Shown: positions 38,279 through 49,663 of the stretch, one piece after another | Layout: each line of letters starts with the position of its first letter | Numbering within the stretch: position 1 is the first letter of the stretch | Assembly (NCBI GenBank): GCA_951406725.2 | Contig: OX597834.1 | Span: 36,518,001 to 36,582,000 of the forward strand | Reading direction: 5' to 3' | From: Octopus vulgaris | Lineage: Eukaryota | DNA: 64,000 nt | Program-made: the position numbers and the translations under genes | Notes under the pieces: model-generated | The model's input: the letters and a program-made list of their open reading frames with translations, nothing else | The model's database searches: none | Told to the model about the DNA's origin: nothing

Positions 38279-39555
38279 TCATCATCACATCGTTTAACAC
38301 ACATATATACATGTATATAATACACACACACATACACACATATACACATGTATCTAATACACACACATATATATATACATACACATGTATATACATATAT
38401 ATATATATAATGTACATATGCTCGTAGTTAGGTAGGCAAGTAGAGAAAGGGGGAGTGACAGCAAGTGAGAGAATGTGTGTGTGTGTGAGAGAAAGAGGGA
38501 GAGAGAGGGAGGGAGAGAGCAGGAGAGAAAGGAAAAGTGGAAAGCCATAAGAAAGACGGTTGGAGTCCCAGTAAGCTAGTAAACTCCAAAGCATTATATA
38601 TTTACGGAGACTGAGTAGTCAATTAGAGCCACAATCGATAGATACGTAACAGCAGCAGAAGTAATAGTGATGGGTGTGGTGGTGGTAGTAGTAGTATAAG
38701 TAGTGGAGGTGGAGGTGGTGGCAGTGATGATAGTTGTGGTGGTGGTGGTGGTGGTGGTGGGAATAGTGGTTGTGATGCTGGTGGTGGTAGTAGTAGTAAT
38801 GGTTGTGGTGGTGTTAGTAGTGGTAGTGGGGATGTTTAGTAGTCGTAATAGTAGTAGTAGTAGCAGAGGTGGTTGTAGTTGTGGTGTTAGTGGTAGTAGT
38901 AGTAGTAGTAGTACTAGTAGTGATGGTGGTGGTGGTGGTAATAGTGGTAGTGGTGATGATAGTTGTGGTGACAATAGCAGTAGTGGTGGTGATGGTGGTA
39001 GCAACAGTGGTGTTGGTGGTAGTAGTAATAGTGGTGGTGGTAGTAGTACCAGAAGCAGTATTGGATTTGTCCGGGGTGGGGGGATTACATTTTGTCCCCT
39101 TCCATTTCATTGCCTGTCTATTCTTTTAACTTTGTGTGTTTTTTGTTTTGTTTTAACTTTTTTGTGTCTGTTTTTGTTTTGCTTTAACTTTTTTCCCTTT
39201 CTTCTTTTCAAACTGCTTCAATAAGTACAAAAAAAAAATCTGATTACAACAACAACAACAACGACAACAACAACAACTATCATTTCTTTCATTAAAAGCA
39301 AGTCCAGAAATTTACAAGGAAGAGGAAAAGTCGACTACATCAACCCCAGTACTCGACTGGTACTTTATTTCATTAATCTTGAAACGACAGGTAAATTTTA
39401 GTGTGTTGTCAACTTAATGTGACAGTCCCATAAAAGGGAAGAATACTACTGTTATTTAACCCTAGGAAACACCGTTTCCTGCTGGACTTGACACATTTCC
39501 TGTGTCCTTATGTTTTCAAAGTGGAGACAAGCACCTCCACCCAGCAAAGCCAGCA

Positions 39556-39598
39556 TCCAGAGACTAGTTTCAGAGTCATTGCTCATCATCAGTCTGGA
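39556..39598 (-). ncRNA. Near-canonical minimal type I hammerhead ribozyme
   Basis: TCCAGA CTGATGA tGAG caatga CTCt GAAA CTAGTC TCTGGA. Perfect 6-bp stem I, intact CUGAUGA and GAAA, palindromic stem III (ACUAGU), GUC triplet. The base of stem II is U-U. Confidence 0.72.
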
Positions 39599-39955
39599 GT
39601 AGCATAACTTTGAAATAGAAGAAGAATTGGAGGAAGAATAGGAAGAAGAAGTAGAGAAGAAGAAAAAGGAGGAGGAGAAGAAGAAGAAGAAGAAGAAGAA
39701 GAAGAACTGGAAGAAGAAGAATTGGAAGAAGAAGAACTGGAGGAAGAAGCAAGAAAAAGAATGAAAAATAGGAAGAAGAAGAAGAAATCTACCAACAAAC
39801 ACAAAACTAATCGCATGGTAAGAAACAAATTTGTTTTTATTATTTATCTACACATTTATTTATTTATTTATTTATTTATTTTGAGACTATCTATTTTCTA
39901 ATTATTCTGGCAACTAGATTGAAGAAGGAGCAAGCTGAATAACGATGTTCTGAGA

Positions 39956-40014
<59 letters not shown>

Positions 40015-40420
40015 TGACTATAACAGAAGGAAAAAAAAAGTCTGTACAGGATTTGAACTTTCAAACCCAGAGTTTATATATACAATGCAGTAACTGCATA
40101 CATTGCTTAGTTTTAGAAAGAAGTGAAAGTGAAGACAAGAACAACAATGATGTTGATGATAATGATGATGATGACGATGGTGGTGATGATGGTGATGATG
40201 ATGACGATGGTGATGATGATAGTGATGGTGGTGGTGATGATAGTAGTGATCATGATGGTAGTGGTAGTGTGTTATATATGTGGGTGTGTGCATGTGTTTC
40301 TCCCCAACACCACCACCACAACCACTTGACCTGAATAACAATAATAATAATAATAATAATAATAAAAATAACATCGAAAAATACCTTAGGAATGAGAACC
40401 TAGCTTCGAAATTTCCCCAA

Positions 40421-40466
40421 GACACCTGATGAAGGCTGGAGGGTATATCAGCTGAAATGTTGTGTT
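40421..40466 (+). ncRNA. Minimal hammerhead motif in a Penelope-like terminal repeat (40370-40520)
   Basis: GACAC CTGATGA A GGCTG gagggtatat CAGCT GAAA TGTT GTGTT. Stems I and II pair; two apparent CpG-to-TpG changes. Confidence 0.62.
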
Positions 40467-40531
40467 AACAACAAACAAGACGAGGACAAATAGCCATCAA
40501 ATGTAAATAATGTAAATAATATATATATATA

Positions 40532-40665
40532 CTTTATTTAAAGCAGCAGAAAATTCTACAAAACCTGTTACTCTGAGTTTCACGTTGCCGTTCATCCGTT
40601 CATGAACGGTAACGTGAAACTCAGAGTAACAGGTTTTGTAGAATTTTCTGCTGCTTTAAATAAAG
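40532..40665. repeat. Long inverted repeat: 64-bp arms, 6-bp spacer, one mismatch
   Basis: 40532-40595 is the reverse complement of 40602-40665 except gttgccg vs gttaccg. Confidence 0.97.
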
Positions 40666-40735
40666 CATATTACTCTACCACTGGTATTTGAGTACTCTTT
40701 TTTTCCACTTTGTTTCACATTTATGTGTTTACTCC

Positions 40736-40781
<46 letters not shown>

Positions 40782-41567
40782 GATTGATATATATATAAAA
40801 TGATTGAAAATATATATATATATATATATATATTAAATGATTGATATATATATAAAATGATTGAATATATATATATATATTAAATGATTGATATTGATAC
40901 AGAAGACAGAATACAGCTAAAAGCTTAATTAGCTCAACAATCGTTTTGGCTTCATTCTGCACTGCTCCCTCATGGGTGTGGGATGATGTAATGACATCAG
41001 ATGCAACACACAGTGCAATAAGCTTCGTCAGGTGATGTAACATGCCTCGAAAGTTACCAGATTTGCATTTTTTTCTTTTCGTTCCAAGTTATATGCTGGT
41101 GGTGAGATGTTAGTAGCTCTGACACATTTTGGTATATATTTATACACTCACACACATGAGATGGCTGGACAGATGGATATGTATGTAATATACAAATGTG
41201 TATATATACTTTTGTACATAATCTTATACACACACAATCCCACATGCATACATGTATGTATGTATGTATATACATGCGCACACACATGGGGAACCACTAC
41301 AAAATGATTTAAGTGTATAAAACATTGAAAAATGTGAACTATAAAAGGCTATAGATTTAACATGCATACATACATATGTATATATACATGCATGTACGCA
41401 TACGTACATACACACAGACACACACACAATATTCAAGAACATATGAACATATTTACACACACTTACACACCTACATACACTCAGACATATACATCACATA
41501 CACCTTCAAGAACACACATACACAAATACATATATACATACAAACATATGTGCATACACATATACAT

Positions 41568-41624
<57 letters not shown>

Positions 41625-42219
41625 CACACAGAATTACATGCATAAATACACACATACACGCATGCATACACACTCATACTTATACACATACATACACACA
41701 CACATATATATATATACATACAAACATACATACATACACGCATACTTTATAATTGTGAAAAAAAAAATAAAATGAAATACGTAAGTGAAAGAGATGAAAG
41801 AGACAAGGGAAGGAACAAAGTTGAGAGAGACAAGAAAGATGAAAGTGATGAGAGAGAGATGAGGAGAGAGGAGAAAAAATAGAGAAATGATAAATGAGGA
41901 AGCGAGAGATGAAAAAAAAAAGGAGGAAAAATAAGACAGGAAATGAACATAAAATGACTTTTGATTAATGGATTTTTCATATAAAAATACTTAAAAATTA
42001 AAAGTGGCGGTAGGAGCAGGCGTGGCTGTGTGGTAAGATGTTTGCACCCTAACCACATGTTTCCGGGTTCAGTCCCACTGTGTGGTATCTTGAGTGAGTG
42101 TCTTCTACTATAGCTTTGGGGCGACCAAAGCCTTATGAGCGGATTTGGTAGACGGAAACTAAAAAAAAGCTCATCGTGTCTGTGTATGTGTGTGTATGTG
42201 TATATATATGTATGTATAT

Positions 42220-43230
42220 AGTGCCACCTGACTGGCTCTCGTGCTGGTGGCACATAAAAGGCACCATTCGGGCATGGTCGATGCCAGTGCCGCCTGATTG
42301 GCTCCTGTGCTGGTAGCACGGAAAAAGCACCCACTACACTCTTGGAGTGGTTGGTATTAAGAAGGACATCCAACTGTAGAAACCTTGCCTGATCAGATTG
42401 GAGCCTGGTGCAGCCTACCGGCTTACCAGTCCTCAGTCAAACCGTCCAACCCATGTCAGCATGGAAAGCAAACGTTAAACAATGATGATGATATACAGAT
42501 ATATCTGTATATCATCTGAGAGAGAGAGAGAGAGAAAGATAGACAGACAGACAGATAGATGAATAGATAGACAGAATATATATATATAGATAGATAGATA
42601 GATGGATAGATGTGTGTATGTATATATGTGTGTGTGATAAAATTCTCACACCACCAGACACGTTATTGCAGAACACTGGAAATGAATAATATTGTTTGGA
42701 TGACATTCTCATTCTTTTATAACTACCACTGGTGCCATATAAAAAGCACCCATGCTGGTGCTGTATAAAAGCACCCAGAACTCTCTGTAAAGTGGTTGGC
42801 ATTAGGAAGGGCATCCAGCCATAGAAACCATGTCGAAAGAGACAATAGAGCCTGGTGCAGTTCCCTGACATGCCAGCTCCTGTTGAACCGTATCTCCTGT
42901 ATATTAAGATACCTGCCTCCATCCCCCTGTTATACCCTAACCTCTCATCTGGCACAAGTCCACTTTCTTCAGTTCCACTCCCTCTCCTAAATGAGAGTTC
43001 TTCATCTGACAAATTACTTGGCGACCCTACTGGTGCTGGTGCCACATAAAACGCACCCACTACACTCTGTAAAGTGGTTGGCATTAGGAAGGGCATCAAG
43101 CATTAGAAATCCTGCCAAAACACAGATGAAACCTGAACAGCTCTTCGTCTGGTCAGCTCTTCTCAAACCGTCTAACTCATGCCCGCATGGAAAACAGATG
43201 TTAAAAGATGATGATGATGATGATGATAAT
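42220..43230 (+). mobile_element. Cluster of RTE 3' UTR copies
   Basis: Three ggttgg.attag.aagg.catc blocks with the hairpin repeats and (GAT)n tails. Confidence 0.75.
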
Positions 43231-43830
43231 GACATCACACTCATCCAGCCAAGGAGAAACAAACAAACATACACAGATACATATATATATATAAATCTAC
43301 AGAAAAAATCTCTCTCACTGGCCCAATTCAGTTTTATGGTTCCCCTGTTGCTGCAGCTACCCTTGCTCCGAGTAGTTGCGTGAACAGCTAGTAATAGGAG
43401 CCAAATCTTCAGAGTTATATCCTATCAACGTAGAATATTGAGGACACATTTGAATGGTGTAGTCCTGAATAAACTATAGTGACAGTGGTGGCGGTGGTGG
43501 TAGTGGAGGTGTGTATGAAAGCTCATGGTTGTAACATTTTCCATCAACGTCTGCTCAAACAGTACAGAGCTGAAGCTAAATACCACTGATTTACACCCAA
43601 GAGAATCTCTAATGATACTAGAGACACTATCGTCTCAGCAATTGCTCATTTTCAAATACTAATAGATACAGACACACACAAACACACATGCAGACACACA
43701 CACACACATACACAGTGACACACATACATGCATGCATACATGTAAATGGGTATGAGTACTTTTAATAATGTACTTCTGCACACTTGAACAAGAAAGGCAT
43801 TTGCATTTGGATTTTAAATATGTGCGTATG

Positions 43831-43873
<43 letters not shown>

Positions 43874-44204
43874 GTGTGTGTGTGTGTGTTTGTACATATA
43901 TATACATATATATATATAGCAAATTATGTGCCAAAAACAAATCTAGGTCAATTTTTTATATATAATGATATATATATACATGATGATATATATATATACA
44001 TATATGTGACTATACATATATATATACATATATGTGACTATACATATATATATACATATAAATACATATATATACACACGTGTATAAGTGTGTATATATA
44101 TATATGTATATTTATATGTATGTATGTATATATTTACACATACACACACACACACATATATATACACACAAACATGCATACATATACATCTGTGTGTGTG
44201 TGTG

Positions 44205-44258
<54 letters not shown>

Positions 44259-44559
44259 TGTGTATTTTGAAAACAAATATAAAGAGAAAAATACATCATT
44301 AACTTTAATTAGAATCGTAGAATTTTTGTTCAGATCGTTGAGCAGTAATTTCCCAGCAATACAGATTCAACAACAAACAAAACGAGGGGAGGTGGGGGTG
44401 AGGGGGTGGGTGGCAAGACGGAGTGAGAGAGAGAGAGAGAGATCAATGGAACGGTGATTATAGAAGCAGTTTAGCCTTGTTTGATGACTATAGAAGATGG
44501 TGGCAAAGACAAAAAAATTGGCTGAGATGTCTGATATTTACATCTACATATGCATCTGC

Positions 44560-44820
44560 GTGAGGACATTTATTGCCAGAGATCCAGAAGAAATTCCAGA
44601 CAATTATAGAAGAAATTCCAGGAATGGAAGCTAAAGCTGGAGTTAAAAGGCCTAAAGGTAAACTTAGCAAAGATGAAAGCTTTATTAAATATGAAATATG
44701 GGATCCTGGTACCTTCAGGGGAAAAGGCCTTGCTTGATATGCTGAAAAGGAGTAGATATAAACTCCATATGATTTACTCAAATGTAAGCTATGGACACAT
44801 GCAAGATGTAGTGGAATCTT
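44560..44820 (+). mobile_element. RTE-clade LINE ORF relic (end of RT domain plus Cys/His cluster)
   Basis: KKFQEWKLKLELKGLKVNLAKMK...PSG.PCLIC*KGVDINSI...CKLWTHARCSGI (GLxVNxxKTK motif followed by CxxC..CxxCxxWxHxxC). Frameshifts and stops. Confidence 0.8.
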
Positions 44821-44821
44821 A

Positions 44822-44989
44822 AGCTGTGAGGTAAGTAGCTTGCTCACCAACCATGTGGTTCCAGGTTCAGTCCCACTGTGTGGCACCTTGGGCAATTGTC
44901 ACTACTATAGCCTCGGGCCAACCAAAGCCTTGTGAGTGGATTTGGTAGATGGAAACTGAAAGAAGCCTGTCGTATATATGTATATGTAC

Positions 44990-45046
<57 letters not shown>

Positions 45047-45260
45047 CATATGTGTTTGTGTGTCTGTGTTTGTTGCCCCAAGATTGACAACCAATGCTCG
45101 TGTGTTTACATCCCCATAACTTAGCGGTTCAACAAAAGAGACTGATAGAATAAGTACTAGGCTTACAGAGAATAAGTCCTGGGGTCAATTTGCTCAACTA
45201 AAGGCGGTGTTCCAGCATGGCCACAGTCAAATGACTGAAACATGTAAAAGAATAAAAGAA
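44822..45260 (+). mobile_element. SINE family A, full length
   Basis: Same structure as 21301-21743. Confidence 0.9.
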
Positions 45261-45293
<33 letters not shown>

Positions 45294-45328
45294 TTTTATA
45301 TATACATACACACAAATATATATATACA

Positions 45329-45378
<50 letters not shown>

Positions 45379-45457
45379 AATATATACAACTTATAAGTAA
45401 GGGCTAAAGAAAATACAAATATGTTAACATAACTATATAGATATATATATATATGTG

Positions 45458-45495
<38 letters not shown>

Positions 45496-45497
45496 TG

Positions 45498-45528
<31 letters not shown>

Positions 45529-45670
45529 GGTAAAACTTGACACTTGAAGCATATCAAATGACATGATGGAAAGGGTGAACTTGGAATTTTCTCTGAAGAT
45601 GCATTTACAGATATATATATATAAAACATACATACATACATATATATTTATTTACACACATATACTTTGA

Positions 45671-45706
<36 letters not shown>

Positions 45707-46649
45707 CATTGTACATGTGCATGTGTGTGTGTGGGGGTGATGTATACAAACAGCCACACACAAAGTTTGAAGCTAGTTTCTTAATCAAATCTCGCAGCTG
45801 CCACACAAATAAGAGAAATGAATCAATAGATTCGGTTCAGATAATAAACACTGCATCTCTTATTGACACTGGTTTCATGGCACCAGCACCATCGGCACCA
45901 CCACCACCACCACCAGCACCATCGGCACCACCACCACCACCAGCACCACCCCCACCACCAGCACTGCCATCATGATCACCAGCATCAGAACCACTACCAC
46001 CACTACAAGCAACAGCACAAGATCCACCCCCACCCCACTTCCTCCTCCACCACCACCCCTTCCACCAACGCCGCCACCACCTCCATCACCACCACCACCA
46101 TGACAACGACCACCACCCATCAGTGCATGTGCAGTAAGCCATTTTGCTTATGGATCTTTTGTGGCAACTAACAAACAATAATCGCGGTTTTTGCTACAGA
46201 CAATGATGATGATGGTGATGATAGGAATTGACAGTGATGAAGATAATGATGATAATGATGATGTTGATGATGTTGATGATGATGGCGACGACGATGAAGA
46301 CGATAATAGTGACGATGAAGATGGTAATGATGATGATGATGATGATAATAAGGATGATGATGACAGTGATGATGATGGTGATGATGATGAAGATGATGAT
46401 GGTGATTGTATTGATTTATTTTTAGCAAGGCACAAAGCTAAGCTTTTTGCAAACGAAATAGTGATCCCAACGAAAAGGCATTGTTTGTCCCAAACCCCTA
46501 CAAGAGTGGAATCACTTGTGAAGGGTGTCAGGCGGTGAGGATAGAACTCAAAACCACACGGTTATGAAGTGTGCTCCATATACGCAACACAGCCATGCCT
46601 GTGCATATTTGTTTCTATGTATGTATGCATGTATGAATGAATGTATGTA

Positions 46650-46680
<31 letters not shown>

Positions 46681-47787
46681 TGGTGAAGGAGTGGCTGTGT
46701 GGTAAGAAGCTTGCTTCCCAATCACATGGTTACAGGTTCAGTCCCACTGTGTAGTATCCTGCGCGAGTGTCTTCTACTACAGTCGCGGGCCAACCAAAGT
46801 CTTGTGAGTGCATTTGGTTGATGGAAACAGAAAGAAGCCTGTCACACACACACACACACACAGTAGAATGATAAAAAGAAAGTTCTTGCTACAGAAAGTT
46901 CTTGAAAAAATGAGCAGAGATGGCGTTTTTGTGAATAGTTTTTATTTCACGTAAAAAACACCCACTACACTCGCGGAGTGGTTGGCGTTAGGAAGGGCAT
47001 CCAGCCGTAGAAACACTGCCAGATCTGACTGGGCCTGACGAAGCCTTCCAGCTTCACAGACCCCAGTTGACCCGTCCAACCCATGCTAGCATGGAAAGCG
47101 GACGCTAAACGATGATGATGATGATGATGATGAATAATGTTTAAAGTGAGTGATTCCGGAGCTGGCAGAAACGTTAGCACGCAGGGCGAAATGCTTAGCG
47201 GTATTTCGTCTGCCGTTACGTTCTGAGTTCAAATTCCGCCGAGGTCGACTTTGCCTTTCATCCTTTCTATGTGTGTCTGTCTACCACACCACCACTTGAC
47301 AGCCAGTGTTGGTGTGTTTACATCCCCGTAACTTAGCAGTTTGGCAAAAGAGACCAATAGAATAAGTATCAAGCTTTAGAAAAAAAAAAAATTAAAGGTA
47401 GTGAGGCCAATTCATTTGACCAAAATTCTTCAAGGCCATGCCTCAGCATGACCGCAGTCCAACGACTGAAGCAAGTAAAAGAATAAAAAAAGTGTGCGTG
47501 TACACACATATACAAACACATTGAGAGAGAGAGATGGGGGGAGAGACTGAGAGGAGGAGAAAAAGAGAGGGGGTAGAGAGGGAGTTGATGTTTTAACCAA
47601 TTGTGAAGCATTCTGAAGATTAGTCTGTTAATTAAATTACAGTACATTTGCATATATGTATGTAAGGACATCTGGTAATTTGACTGACGAAGGAAGGCCA
47701 CGAAAGGCCCGTCCTTTCTTTCCTGTCCCTCTAATTATCGTTTTTCCTCTCTGCTTTTGTATCATCTCTCTGTCTGGATGTTTTATT

Positions 47788-48150
47788 AAAAGCACCATTT
47801 GAGCGTGATCGTTACTAGCGTTGCCCTACTGGCACTTGTGTGAACAAAACATTTCAAGCGAGGTTGTCGCCAGTGCCGCTGGACTGACTCCTGTGCAGGT
47901 GGCACATAAAAAACACCATTTCGAGTGTGGCCATTGCCAGTACCGCCAGACTGGCCCCCGTGCCGGTGGCACATAAAAGCACTCACTACGCTCTTGGAGT
48001 GGTTGGCGTTAGGAAGGGCCATCCAGCTGTAGAAACACTGTCAGATCAGATTGGAGCCTGGCGCAGCCATCTGGTTCTCCAGTCCTCAGTCAAATCGTCC
48101 AACCTATGCTAGCATGGAAAGCGGACGTTAAATGATGATGATGATGATGA
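47788..48150 (+). mobile_element. RTE 3' UTR copy with about four internal repeat units
   Basis: Repeated aaaagcacca../gtgc..gtggcacataaaa units, then the ggaagggc.atcc block and (GAT)n. Confidence 0.8.
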
Positions 48151-48195
48151 TTGATATATATATATATATATGGAAATACATCATTGCTATTATGT

Positions 48196-48423
48196 TAAAC
48201 TGTCGTATGTCCAAATTTGGCCAAATGTGTTTTTTTTTTATTTATTTATTTTTGCCTGCAATAGCCGGTTCTTTTGGCCAAACTATCCCTATCTCCAGCT
48301 GCTTCAGATGCCAAGATGATATCAAAAATTGCCAAAGTGTAGTACAACGGTTTTGCTATGGAATGGTGAAACTATTTTTTACATTTTCTGAAAAACCAAC
48401 ATTTTGGACTTACAAACACTTTT
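48196..48423. mobile_element. Possible old MITE
   Basis: Imperfect terminal inverted repeats aaactgtcgtatgtccaaa / tttggacttacaaacacttt. Confidence 0.35.
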
Positions 48424-49500
48424 TGCATAATTTCAACAATATATATGTGTTTGTGGGGAGGATTACATATATATTATATATATGTGAATGGTGATGTAAT
48501 GTCAATTATATAACTAATATGATTACGAAACAGCTGTAAACTAATGAAATAAGACATCTCTTCTCTCACTTCACTTCTCTTATCTGATCAATTTATGTGT
48601 GTGTGTGTGTGTGTATGAATGTTTTATATGTTTTGCTCACATAAAAAGAAAAGATAAAAGCCTGATGAATTATAGACAACACTGTCTGTTTTTATTTCCC
48701 AGTCACCAAATCATCCAACAAAGACAAATAGAATGACAATGCCTTTAGTTGAAAAATTAGCAAAGGTTAGTGACAGGAAAGGTGTCCACTCGTAAAACCA
48801 GGCCTCAGCAATAAATATGAATTCGTCTAACTTCTGCTAAGACGGAAAAATTAAACAAAACGAATCGTAAATAGAACAAACAAATTCATGGTTTTTTTTT
48901 CTTCTTTTAAATATTACCATTGTTTACGCTTTGTGCTGCTAGCTATGTCTGCTGAAACAACCATAAAAATGTTGCTTTTCATGTTTTGTAGTTTTTATAA
49001 TCACCACAACACCATTTCCTGAGAAGTCCATGGTGGTGTTGGCAGAATTGTTACTGTGCTGGACAAAATGCTTAGCAGCAATTTGTCTATCGTTATGTCC
49101 TAGGTTTAAATCCTGCCAAGGTAGACTTTGCCCTTCATCCCTTTCAGGGTCAATAAAATAAGTGATAGTCAAACACTGGAGTCGATGTAACTGACTTACT
49201 CGCTCCATCAAAATTGCTGGACTTGTGCCAAAATTTGAAACCATTTCCACAAATATTGTTGTGGCTGATGTTTGTTTACCTCCAGGTCGGATCCTGTTCA
49301 TCAACCTTAAGATCAAAAGCAACCATAAAAAATGTTGCTTTTCCTGTTTTGTGGTTTTTTTTAAAGAATTATGACCACAACATTTGCTGAGAAGTCCATG
49401 GTGGTGGTGGCAGAATTGCTACTATGCTGAACAAAATGCCAAAACGCTTAGTAGCAATTTGTCTGTCAATATGTTCTGAGTTTAATCCTTTAGCATTTAA

Positions 49501-49663
49501 CCCTTTCGATACCAATTAAAATCTTCCACCAAACCTTAGTCACAATTTATGTTCCTAACACTAGCTAAATGATAACTAAGTTATTTTCCTAAATTCTTTG
49601 TTGTATTTAAAATTAATTGAAAGAAACACAGAGCATCTCAACAGAAATATGGTAAGAAAAGGG
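49501..49663. mobile_element. piggyBac-type MITE with TTAA target-site duplication; a second truncated copy at 49695-49823
   Basis: TTAA|CCCTTTCGATACC ... GGTAAGAAAAGGG|TTAA. Confidence 0.82.

Noticed and set aside
46191-46538. Asp-rich ORF resembling an acidic biomineral protein
   Set aside because: It is a degenerate (GAT)n microsatellite like many others here, with no signal peptide or splice support.
47788-47990. Repeat-spacer pattern resembling a CRISPR array
   Set aside because: Eukaryotic context, no cas genes, spacers are mutually related, and the array is part of a LINE 3' UTR.
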